A DNA stretch of 64,000 nt from Gammaproteobacteria bacterium (lineage in GTDB: Bacteria; Pseudomonadota; Gammaproteobacteria; JAPPPA01): contig JAUHZK010000009.1 of the NCBI GenBank assembly GCA_030425645.1, positions 2,290-66,289 of the forward strand, in the 5' to 3' direction. The notes beneath the pieces are model-generated. The model made no database searches. It saw nothing but the letters and a program-made list of their open reading frames with translations, and was not told the DNA's origin. The translations under genes and the position numbers were made by a program. Below are positions 1 to 8,459 of the stretch, piece by piece. The stretch's first letter is position 1. The number at the start of each line of letters is the position of its first letter.

Positions 1-2398
1 CATCACGATGGACCAATGCCTCTTGACGCGTACCCGCCAAAGCTTGTGATTTAGTTAAACGGGCGACCTGATCCAGGTATTCAACTATGCCTTTATTCTT
101 GCCCTTGTCGTCTGGCTCTGGATGTAATTGCGTAATGTGCTCCATCGCCCCTCCCAACAGCGCGAGAGCTTTCATGGGATCCTCGTATCCGCCGTAATCG
201 AAACCATTAAAAAATTCGTTTCGAATTACATCCAGCGTATCAAGCAGTAGCGTTAGCGCTTCACCGGAAACATCTACTGGAGATTTATCAGACTTGGAAT
301 CCCGAGTGTAGGTAGCGATTGCTTTTTTGAGCTCTTCACCGATGCCGATATAGTCGACTATCAATCCCCCAGGTTTATCTTTCCAAACGCGGTTTGTACG
401 AGCAATTGCCTGCATAAGTCCATGGCCCCTCATGGGCTTATCTACATATAAAGTGTGACATGGAGGCGCGTCTGTACCTGTTAGCCACATATCCCTGACG
501 ATAACTATTTCTAACTCATCTTCTGGATCCTTGAAGCGCCGCTCCAGCATTTTCCGGTCATCCTTGGACGTATGGTGAGCGCGGAAATGCTCCGGATCTG
601 TCGCACGTTGACCAGTCATGACAATTTTAACTTTGCCTTCAAGCAAGTTTGGGTTATGCCAATCTGGGCGTAGTTTGATTATTTCATCATAGAGAGCGAC
701 GGCCGCTTCTCGAGAAATAGACACAACCATCGCCTTACCTGGCAAAGACTGTTTGCGTAACTCCCAGTGGTTTACTAAGTCCTCTGCTAGCTTTTCAATA
801 CGCCCCTCGGCCATAGCGAGCGCTTCAAGCCTCGTGTGGCGGCCTACAGCTCGATTTTGTTCAGACTCGTCCTCATCCTCGGTATTCTCTAAGAACTCAT
901 CATGAAGAGCTTGCTTTTCAGCTTCATTAAACTCTAACTCGATGATCCGCGATTCATAATGAACCGGAACTACAGCGCCATCTTCTTGAGCGGCAACCAT
1001 GTCGTAAACGTCAACATAAGTACCAAATACAGACTGGGTATCCTTGTCTTCTAAAGAAACAGGAGTACCGGTCATACCGAGATAGATCGCATTTGGAAGA
1101 GCGTCACGCATGTGTTTGGCCAAACCGTATTTGGTTTCACCTGTCACACCATCTATCTTGGCGGTAAACCCGTACTGAGTCCTATGAGCTTCGTCGGTAA
1201 TCACAACGACATTTGAACGGTCGCACAAAGCACTATTTGTTTGACCACCCTCAGGCGCAAATTTATTGATGGTCGTAAAGTAGATTCCACCGGCTGGTTG
1301 GCTAGAAAGCATCTCCTTCAACTGCCGCCTCTTCTGGGCCTGCCTTGGCTCCTCGCGCAGAGATTCCTTGCAACTGAAGAATGTTTCATATAGCTGACCA
1401 TCTAGGTCGTTTCTGTCGGTAACGACAACTACCGTAGGGTTGGCAAACTCCTCTCGTTCCCTTAAGGCCATCACATAAAAAAGTGCTAATAGCGATTTAC
1501 CCGACCCTTGAGTGAACCACAAAACACCGCCCTTACCATCTTTCGTATCAAGCAGCGCCGACGAGGCTCTCTCCACAGCCTTTTTAACACCATGGTATTG
1601 GTGCCACTGAGAAATAATTTTTGCGGACGGGCTTCCATCAACCCGCATGAAGGCTACAAAACCCTTGAAAAAATCCAGTAGCACTTCAGGCTTGAGCAAC
1701 CCACAAACTAATGTTTCCAGCTCTAACATACCATCTGGAGAGCGCTCCCCGTCTATAAGCCTCCAAGGCGAATATCGTTCGAAATCAGCCGTCAACGAAC
1801 CGTAACGAGCAACAACGCCGTCAGATATGACATTCATTAGGGAGTACGAAAACAGTTGAGGGATATCCGCCTTATATGTCTGAATCTGCAGGTAAGCAGA
1901 CTCAATATCAGCATTTACGTCAGCAGGGTTTTTAAGTTCCAGAACGACCAATGGAAGACCATTAACAAACAACACGACATCTGGTCGACGAATTTTCGCT
2001 CCATGCACCGTAAATTGCTGAACCACTAGCCAATCGTTATTAGATGGAGTTTCAGTATCAATTACGCCAGCGCGAATTATTCTTTTATGGCCCGTTTCAT
2101 CTTCAATCTCCACGGGCACACCATTTCTAATCCAGTCGTAAACTTCGCGATTACCATCAATTAATGACTGAGTACTGTAATCCGCCAACTTGGATACTGC
2201 TTGTCTGAGTGCGTCGTTACTTAAACTAGGATTAAGCGCACTAATTCCTTGCTCGAGACGAGGACGCAGAACCACTTCGCTATAACGAGTTCGAGCTTCA
2301 TGACTGCCACCAGCAGAAACCATCTCACCGGTCAGGCATTCGTAACCCAAATCTGAGAACCAACTTAATACTGCATCTTCTAAATGACCCTCTAGCAA
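1..2398 (-). CDS. hsdR: Type I restriction enzyme R subunit (HsdR), N-terminal about 800 aa. The gene continues past the window's left edge.
   Basis: No stop on the minus strand from about 2400 to position 1, and no ORF is listed there, consistent with one ORF running off the window. The reverse-complement translation near the 5' end reads LLEGHLEDAVLSWFSDLGYECLTGEMVSAGG, a typical HsdR N-terminus. Reverse-complement of about 1450-1500 reads DGKGGVLWFTQGSGKSLLALF, the helicase motif I / Walker A box of HsdR. The gene lies directly downstream of hsdM and hsdS. The start is uncertain: a TTG at 2396-2398 is in frame just after a stop. Confidence 0.8.
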   Translation of the reverse strand, partial: MLEGHLEDAVLSWFSDLGYECLTGEMVSAGGSHEARTRYSEVVLRPRLEQGISALNPSLSNDALRQAVSKLADYSTQSLIDGNREVYDWIRNGVPVEIEDETGHKRIIRAGVIDTETPSNNDWLVVQQFTVHGAKIRRPDVVLFVNGLPLVVLELKNPADVNADIESAYLQIQTYKADIPQLFSYSLMNVISDGVVARYGSLTADFERYSPWRLIDGERSPDGMLELETLVCGLLKPEVLLDFFKGFVAFMRVDGSPSAKIISQWHQYHGVKKAVERASSALLDTKDGKGGVLWFTQGSGKSLLALFYVMALREREEFANPTVVVVTDRNDLDGQLYETFFSCKESLREEPRQAQKRRQLKEMLSSQPAGGIYFTTINKFAPEGGQTNSALCDRSNVVVITDEAHRTQYGFTAKIDGVTGETKYGLAKHMRDALPNAIYLGMTGTPVSLEDKDTQSVFGTYVDVYDMVAAQEDGAVVPVHYESRIIELEFNEAEKQALHDEFLENTEDEDESEQNRAVGRHTRLEALAMAEGRIEKLAEDLVNHWELRKQSLPGKAMVVSISREAAVALYDEIIKLRPDWHNPNLLEGKVKIVMTGQRATDPEHFRAHHTSKDDRKMLERRFKDPEDELEIVIVRDMWLTGTDAPPCHTLYVDKPMRGHGLMQAIARTNRVWKDKPGGLIVDYIGIGEELKKAIATYTRDSKSDKSPVDVSGEALTLLLDTLDVIRNEFFNGFDYGGYEDPMKALALLGGAMEHITQLHPEPDDKGKNKGIVEYLDQVARLTKSQALAGTRQEALVHRD

Positions 2399-2486
2399 AA
2401 TCTGTCCTTCTAATATTTATAGTTTGAATCTGTGCATTTGAAGCCAAATGCAGTCAATTACTACAACAAAATGTTACCTTAAATCT

Positions 2487-3827
2487 TCAGACCTGATTGG
2501 TTATAACTCGAGGAAGGAGCATATCTCGGATCATTTCTTCTTTCTGACTTTGTTGCTCTACCGAAGAAATGAGTTTGAATATCGGTGTTGTGATCTCATC
2601 AAATTTCGCCAAGGCCCCTTTGTTTGGAACCAAGACATCCATATTTTTTATTGTTCTAGAATTCACCGCAGTGGCAATTGAAGAGGTACTGCCAAGGCTT
2701 GAAAAATCAAATGTTCTCAGATACATCAAAAAATATTTTTCAGAAATAGAATCTTTAAAGTCATGAAAATGAGCAATCGCTTCATTTGTCGTGAGCTCGG
2801 TGCCAGCTATCGCTGTACGCCCCACAGTAAGCTTGAAGCTAAGCAGTACGGAATCACGAGGTATCACTCTGACATTAAATCGATTAATTGCCTCCTCAAC
2901 CAAATACTCTTTACTTGAACGTAAAAACATCCCCCCTTTACCCATATCTTTTATAGAAACCCAAACGTAGTTGCTTTCGCCATAAACATCAAACCAGTGT
3001 TCCTCTTTTCTAGGAGGCGTCTTACCTATTCCAATCGAAGATATATCCTTAGCCAACTTAAATTCCCAACCTTCTGGCAACCATTCACCAGACTTAGATA
3101 AGACAAATTTATCAGGGAAATTCTCACGAATGCTTCTGGGGGTTATTTGCTGATTTAGTTGTCTATATCGTTGTCGAGATAAAGCTCTTTTCTGAAATTG
3201 ATCTGGAATAGAATTTCCAGCTTCCAAGGCATTGTCGATTACAACGTCAAAATCAACGAACCAACTTTTATAAATAACTCTAAGCGTTTCGTTCAAAGTT
3301 ATAAGCACCTTATTATTGCAGGCAACCTTGTTATCGAGTGCTAACAATGGCGCTACTATTTCTGCCTGCTTTTCTGGCTCAGGGACATCAACAGTAATAG
3401 AGGAGAGTGCTCCTCCCGAGATTTCCTTAAATGTAGACCCGGAAGCACTGGCCTCGATTTCAGGAGTTTTATGTTTCAACGCGTAGTAGAAAAATTCACT
3501 ATTGTGTCCGTTTTTTAACACTAAGCTTTTGAAGCCTTGACTCGTAGATACTGGGTTTTTGGCAATAGCGACATAACCAATAGGCGCCCGCGAAGAAAAA
3601 AGCACAGCGCCTTTTGGTAACAATTTGGCGCTCGAATCATTCAAACCAGATTCTGTTAAGAACCGTTTCCCAGCGCCAACATACATATCACGGTTACTGG
3701 ATAAATCTTTTGGCGTCAGCCATGGAATACTCCCTTCCCAAAAAGTTGGTTCCTGGGTATCTGGTGTCCCACCTCCTATCACTGTGGCTACGTCCCCAAT
3801 AGTTAATTTTTCCCAATTAGAGCTCAT
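2487..3827 (-). CDS. hsdS: Type I restriction-modification specificity subunit (HsdS) with two target-recognition domains.
   Basis: The 446-aa product starts MSSNWEKLTIGDVATVIGGGTPDTQEPTFWEGSIPWLTPKDL, the canonical HsdS start of a target-recognition domain. It shows the repeated two-domain layout separated by conserved spacer regions. It overlaps the hsdM stop by 11 nt, a typical hsdM-hsdS coupling. The gene is AT-rich. Confidence 0.88.
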   Translation of the reverse strand: MSSNWEKLTIGDVATVIGGGTPDTQEPTFWEGSIPWLTPKDLSSNRDMYVGAGKRFLTESGLNDSSAKLLPKGAVLFSSRAPIGYVAIAKNPVSTSQGFKSLVLKNGHNSEFFYYALKHKTPEIEASASGSTFKEISGGALSSITVDVPEPEKQAEIVAPLLALDNKVACNNKVLITLNETLRVIYKSWFVDFDVVIDNALEAGNSIPDQFQKRALSRQRYRQLNQQITPRSIRENFPDKFVLSKSGEWLPEGWEFKLAKDISSIGIGKTPPRKEEHWFDVYGESNYVWVSIKDMGKGGMFLRSSKEYLVEEAINRFNVRVIPRDSVLLSFKLTVGRTAIAGTELTTNEAIAHFHDFKDSISEKYFLMYLRTFDFSSLGSTSSIATAVNSRTIKNMDVLVPNKGALAKFDEITTPIFKLISSVEQQSQKEEMIRDMLLPRVITNQV

Positions 3828-5418
3828 AACCGATAACCTTTAACTGCTGCAGCATTTCGGTTTGCAATTCTGCAGATTCATCTAGCAATTCTCTAAGTTC
3901 GCCACACAATGCTCCCATTTGCTCTTCATAGACGCTACTGTCGAATAGTTTCCCTTCTGCTCCAACGAACCTACCAGGAGTAATTTCATAGTTCTTTTCA
4001 GCGATGTCAGAGTGGGTGGCGCTTTTACAAAAACCAAGCTCATCGACATATTCTTTTGAGTCCGCGAACTCAGTGCCTCGCCAGCGGTGATATGTTTGTG
4101 AAATCTTTTCGATTGTTTCGTCTTGGAAAACAACCTGTGTCTTAGATATGTTCTCCGTCTCCAAGTTAGAACAATCCAGGAAAAGAACCTCACCATTTCT
4201 ATTGATGGAGCCATTGCCCCCCTCTGTCTTATCCTTTGAAAGAAACCAAATACATGCAGGTATAGTCACGTTTGAGAATAGCTTGGGCGGCAAGGCTAAG
4301 ATACATTCAACCTGATCGCCGAGAATCATAGCTTTTCGTATAGCGCCCTCGCCTGAAGACTGAGTAGTGAGCGAGCCATTCGCTAGAACAATACCTGCTC
4401 TTCCCTTTTGAGATAAACGGCTGAGCATATGCTGCAACCACGCATAGTTTGCGTTTCCGGCTGGCGGTACACCATATATCCAACGCGGATCATCTTTAAG
4501 AGCGTTTCCTTCCCAATCAGAGATATTGAATGGTGGGTTTGCGAGAATATAGTCGGCGCGTAGTTTGCTATGTTGGTCTTCCGTAAAAGTAGACCCGTAG
4601 GTTTTTCCAATATCTCCCTCCAAACCATGAACAGCCAAATTCATAAGGCATAACTTACGAGTAGCAGCCATATACTCCTGCCCATAAATAGCTAAATCAC
4701 CAACGTCTCCAGCTTTTTTTGCGTGTGCTTCCTTAAAGCGATTTGATTGAACAAACATGCCGCCTGACCCACAAGCAGGATCATAAATTTTGCCTTTGAA
4801 GGGGGCTAAAATTTCGACTATCAATGTTACGACTGATTTAGGGGTATAGAACTCTCCAGCACGCTGCCCTTCCGACATAGCGAACTTGCCCAGAAAGTAC
4901 TCGTAGACTTCTCCAAAAATGTCTTTGCTACCATGCGTTTGGGGGTCGAATTTGATTCTGGCAACTGTCGTCATCAACTCTCCCAATTTGCCAGGACCCA
5001 ATTCTAGTCGCCCAAAATCTCTGTATAAAACTCCTTTCAGGCGAGGGTTATCTTTCTCAATAGATGCCATAGCATCATCTAATAGCTGAGCGATATTTGA
5101 ACTAGAAGCCTTAGACAAAAGGACCGAAAATCGCGCTTCTTCTGGCACCCAAAAGACGTTGTCTTTGTCATAAAACGTTTTATCTTCAGTAAAAGCTGCC
5201 CCTGCATCTAGCCGAAGTTCCTCGTCTTCGATAAATAGTTCAGATTCAGGGTTTTTTAGCTCATCACGAATGAAGTCTCCCTGCGCTTCAAACATATCCG
5301 AAACATATTTCAGGAAAGTCAGCCCCAAAACTGGATATTTGTATTGTGCCGCCGAAACGGACCCCCTTAGGGAGTTAGCCATTCGCCAAAGTTCGGCTTT
5401 AAATTCTTCAGTTGTCAT
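3817..5418 (-). CDS. hsdM: Type I restriction-modification N6-adenine DNA methyltransferase subunit (HsdM).
   Basis: The 533-aa product has an N-terminal HsdM_N-like region (LRGSVSAAQYKYPVLGLTFLKYVSDMFE), an AdoMet-binding motif (IYDPACGSGGMF), and the catalytic NPPF motif (ILANPPFNISDW). Confidence 0.92.
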   Translation of the reverse strand: MTTEEFKAELWRMANSLRGSVSAAQYKYPVLGLTFLKYVSDMFEAQGDFIRDELKNPESELFIEDEELRLDAGAAFTEDKTFYDKDNVFWVPEEARFSVLLSKASSSNIAQLLDDAMASIEKDNPRLKGVLYRDFGRLELGPGKLGELMTTVARIKFDPQTHGSKDIFGEVYEYFLGKFAMSEGQRAGEFYTPKSVVTLIVEILAPFKGKIYDPACGSGGMFVQSNRFKEAHAKKAGDVGDLAIYGQEYMAATRKLCLMNLAVHGLEGDIGKTYGSTFTEDQHSKLRADYILANPPFNISDWEGNALKDDPRWIYGVPPAGNANYAWLQHMLSRLSQKGRAGIVLANGSLTTQSSGEGAIRKAMILGDQVECILALPPKLFSNVTIPACIWFLSKDKTEGGNGSINRNGEVLFLDCSNLETENISKTQVVFQDETIEKISQTYHRWRGTEFADSKEYVDELGFCKSATHSDIAEKNYEITPGRFVGAEGKLFDSSVYEEQMGALCGELRELLDESAELQTEMLQQLKVIGYEL

Positions 5419-5465
5419 GTAATAAGTTGCTCAAAAATTTTTGTAATTATCATTAATAAGTAAGC

Positions 5466-6059
5466 TCAGTTTTCGAGCCTGTTAACTATTGCCGGATTCA
5501 TAGGAAACCCATGGCGCTTTAGCGCAGCATCTAAGGTTGCCCGAGTCACATTAAAATGCGCTGCCACATTTGTCTTAGTTATTTCTGGATCTGTCAGCAT
5601 CGCTGCGGCCTTCTTTGCATCAGAGGCATCCATCTTCGGTGTCCTCCCACCCTTGCGACCTCGGGCACGAGCGGCAGCTAAACCAGCCATCGTTCGTTCT
5701 CGTATCAAGCTACGCTCAAATTCAGCCAATGCACCAAATAAATGAAACACTAGTTTCCCCCCAGCGCTTCCTGTATCAATATTCTCAGAAATGGACCTGA
5801 AGGCGATATTGCGATGTTCGAGATCCGCTACGATTCCAACTAAATCCTTCAATGAACGACCGAGACGATCGAGCTTCCAAACAACCAGAACATCACCAGC
5901 CCGCAGCATTTGCAAACAAATATCTAGCTCCGGACGCGCTATTCCGGCACCGGGTACCTTTTCTTCATAAATACGCTCACACCCATCCCGCTCAAGTGCA
6001 TCGATCTGTAGGCCGGTGTTTTGATCTTGACTGCTAACGCGGGCATAACCAATCTTCAT
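5466..6059 (-). CDS. Serine recombinase of the resolvase / DNA-invertase family (Hin/Gin/TnpR-like).
   Basis: The 197-aa product starts MKIGYARVSSQDQNTGLQIDAL, with the catalytic serine in the conserved YARVSS context. Its size and C-terminal helix-turn-helix (TNVAAHFNVTRATLDAALKRHG) fit small serine recombinases. There is a ribosome-binding site (AAAGGTG) 7 nt upstream. Only 47 nt separate its stop from the hsdM start on the same strand. Confidence 0.85.
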   Translation of the reverse strand: MKIGYARVSSQDQNTGLQIDALERDGCERIYEEKVPGAGIARPELDICLQMLRAGDVLVVWKLDRLGRSLKDLVGIVADLEHRNIAFRSISENIDTGSAGGKLVFHLFGALAEFERSLIRERTMAGLAAARARGRKGGRTPKMDASDAKKAAAMLTDPEITKTNVAAHFNVTRATLDAALKRHGFPMNPAIVNRLEN

Positions 6060-6224
6060 TTAACGCACCTTTGATATACACAGATTGTTATACATAGTTT
6101 TTATACACATATCCACCATTATCTAACGTAATTTAATTACACTAGGACGGTGTATATAAAACGTTGGTTTTATAGCGCATAAATTTATAACACTTAGAAA
6201 AATGCATAAGAAAGGAAACGGGTC
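6060..6224. promoter_or_regulatory. AT-rich divergent promoter region carrying repeated TATACA(C/T)A motifs. It is a candidate recombination site (res or gix) for the adjacent serine recombinase.
   Basis: Three direct copies of the motif sit at about 6075-6082, 6089-6096 and 6102-6109. An inverted copy (TGTATATA) sits at about 6151-6158, and a near-palindrome (TTTATAGCGCATAAA) at about 6169-6183. The region lies immediately upstream of the recombinase start codon, where res sites of resolvases normally lie. Confidence 0.4.
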
Positions 6225-7514
6225 GTGGCAAATACAGAACTTGATTTCAAAATCCCAAGCCTTAAGGATGACATCTGGATCAATCAAGCTGAAAAAGCGA
6301 CAGAGTTAGCCGCTAAGATTCCAGGTGCACAACAGCCTAGAGTTTCCCTCACTGCTCTTGGTAAACAATATCAGGCCGACCCAAACAATCCTGATTGGCT
6401 TTCAGAACTGCGGGAGAAGCTCGCAAGCGCAGATGGTCACTACATATCATCAATATCAATTCAATTAACCGTCCCGGGTACAAGTGCTCAGCAACAAGGC
6501 CAGGTGAGTTTTTCGATAACGCGCATACCGGCTGAGCCAGTAGCAACATTGAAGGTTACGATCGGCCAGCACACAGCTGACGCACTGGATAAGCTGACAG
6601 CAATTAACACAGTAGTTGCGGAATTCCAGCCCATTGACCCTGTAGAGTCAAAAATTAGTTTGGCAACCGATGATGCCGCAGAGTATTTACGTCAGCTTGA
6701 CAATAAGCTCCAGCAATTGTCGAACGTTGCGATAGAACAGACGGAAAAAGTGACCGAAAACCTCCGAGAGCAAGCTCTTCGCAACCAGCAAACACTAGAC
6801 ACGGAGCGTGAGAAACTCCAAGCCGACTTCGATGCCAAGCAAGATGAACTTAAGAAACGCGAAGATATACTGACTAATCGTGTAAAAGATATTGACCTGG
6901 CTGATGCTAAGACTTCGCGCAGAAAGCTTAGAGACCAACTTAAAGAGAAACTGGACAGGCTTGCTGGAGAGTTAAAATTTACCAATCAAACCAATATTGA
7001 GCGCCGAGTGCTCTACGGAGTTCTAGCTTTCGGATTGATAGTTGGTGCAATTATTATAATTGAGGCCGGGCTTGCCATGACCAAGCCTGACGCAACAACT
7101 GGTAATGGCGCCTTCCTTATTGGCGCTCGTGCAACTGCTGGCTCAATATTGTTTGGCAGCGTACTAATCTATTTCATCCGCTGGCAATCAGCATGGGTTC
7201 ATCAACGAACAATGGAGGAGCTTAGGCTCCTTCGAACAAGCTTAGATGTTGAACGAGCAAGCTGGGTAGTAGAAAGCTTAGTAGAGTTCAAAAACGAACA
7301 AATCGACCAAATACCCGATGCGCTTCTTACAGCAGTTACTCGGAATCTCTTTGCAGACCCCGAACAGAATGCTGCAATCACTACTCCGGTAGATGATGTT
7401 GCAGATATACTCAGAAACGGTGCGGAGTCAGTCAAGCTTAAGCTAGGTGACCACGAAGTAGTTCTAGACCGCCGAAGCCTAAAAAAATTATCTGCTGCTC
7501 AAAATGCTGATTGA
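6225..7514 (+). CDS. Hypothetical coiled-coil membrane protein: N-terminal soluble domain, long coiled-coil, two transmembrane helices, C-terminal domain. No recognisable family.
   Basis: GTG start with a ribosome-binding site (AAGGAAA) 8 nt upstream. The 429-aa product has a heptad-rich, charged segment (about residues 150-255: LRQLDNKLQQLSNVAIEQTEKVTENLREQALRNQQTLDTEREKLQADFDAKQDELKKRED). Two hydrophobic helices follow (VLYGVLAFGLIVGAIIIIEAGLA and AFLIGARATAGSILFGSVLIYFI). No catalytic motif was recognised. Confidence 0.6.
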   Translation: MANTELDFKIPSLKDDIWINQAEKATELAAKIPGAQQPRVSLTALGKQYQADPNNPDWLSELREKLASADGHYISSISIQLTVPGTSAQQQGQVSFSITRIPAEPVATLKVTIGQHTADALDKLTAINTVVAEFQPIDPVESKISLATDDAAEYLRQLDNKLQQLSNVAIEQTEKVTENLREQALRNQQTLDTEREKLQADFDAKQDELKKREDILTNRVKDIDLADAKTSRRKLRDQLKEKLDRLAGELKFTNQTNIERRVLYGVLAFGLIVGAIIIIEAGLAMTKPDATTGNGAFLIGARATAGSILFGSVLIYFIRWQSAWVHQRTMEELRLLRTSLDVERASWVVESLVEFKNEQIDQIPDALLTAVTRNLFADPEQNAAITTPVDDVADILRNGAESVKLKLGDHEVVLDRRSLKKLSAAQNAD

Positions 7515-8063
7515 GGACTTTTAACCCCTACCACCAAACCTGTCCAAGCCACGTATACACGAAGCAATCAACGTGAAAAACCTAGGAACGTTGGATACTT
7601 TTCGTAGCAAAGAGCATAACTAATAACGCATTGCTAATTTACAGAACACCGTCCGCTGGTTTGTATTTTCGCCATCAAACGCGCCTGATAGACTAGTGGA
7701 ATACTCAAAGAATCGGACTAACCCGCCCCAAACCGAGTAGTTAGCACTTGTAAGTTGTAACTGAACCATATGCAGTGCATACGGCTACTAGCACCACCAG
7801 TCGCCCCAGAAATATAAGCAATTCAACAGAAAACCAACAAATACGGAGAAACGTATTGCCCAAAATATTGAGCTATGCGATGTTAGCTCGATGTTTGCTC
7901 AAGTTCGCGACATAAAGACACAACACAAATGCCCCGTGGGCAAACAGTTATGTGCAACAAAATCGTATGTTTCTTCTGCCCATATCGGATATATCCCGTT
8001 TTGGCCGCTTGGTAAGTAACTTGATAAGCAACAGCGAAACAGCCGAAGTCCGGCCACTGTCAA

Positions 8064-8432
8064 TTATTTAGTCCAGCAACTTTGCGGAGACCGGTTTCCC
8101 AATCGGTCCAGCGACAAATTCGTACAACCACTATCGTTTAGCTGATCACCTGTCGCAGTGGCCGTTACTAAATAGCCGCGATCAGCCGGGGTCGTTACTT
8201 GAAGCATATAACGGCCGTTCTCACTGCTAGCTGCGGCAACATTACTAAAAGTGCCATTAAGCGTCACCAGCTGCTCTTGCCGTGCTGCCAGCTCCATCAT
8301 TTCGCCTTGCACGTCTTTACGATGACTCTGCAGCACCATCAAACGATAATTCGGTATCGCCCAAGCCGCGATAATGCCGGCAATGGCCATGGTGATTAGA
8401 ATCTCGAGTAAGCTAAAACCACGTTGTTTCAC
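8064..8432 (-). CDS. pilE: Type IV pilus minor pilin PilE.
   Basis: The 122-aa product has the class III prepilin signal MKQRGFSLLEILITMAIAGIIAA (G|F cleavage site, Glu at +5). It is the last gene of the fimU-pilVWXY1 operon. Confidence 0.85.
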   Translation of the reverse strand: MKQRGFSLLEILITMAIAGIIAAWAIPNYRLMVLQSHRKDVQGEMMELAARQEQLVTLNGTFSNVAAASSENGRYMLQVTTPADRGYLVTATATGDQLNDSGCTNLSLDRLGNRSPQSCWTK

Positions 8433-8459
8433 AGCTTCTTATCCTTGCATTGGCAACAG

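Noticed and set aside
6075-6158. A Hin-type invertible promoter segment bounded by the TATACACA / TGTATATA inverted pair.
   Set aside because: The spacing of about 70 bp is very short for serine-invertase synapsis, and no enhancer-like element is evident. I kept it only as one alternative under the candidate res/gix site finding.
7515-8063. Hidden small gene, tRNA fragment or att-site repeat in the 550-nt island / pilE junction.
   Set aside because: It holds no ORF of 60 aa or more and no cloverleaf. I could not identify a direct repeat without the other island boundary, which lies outside the window. Its role as the island junction is recorded in the first finding.
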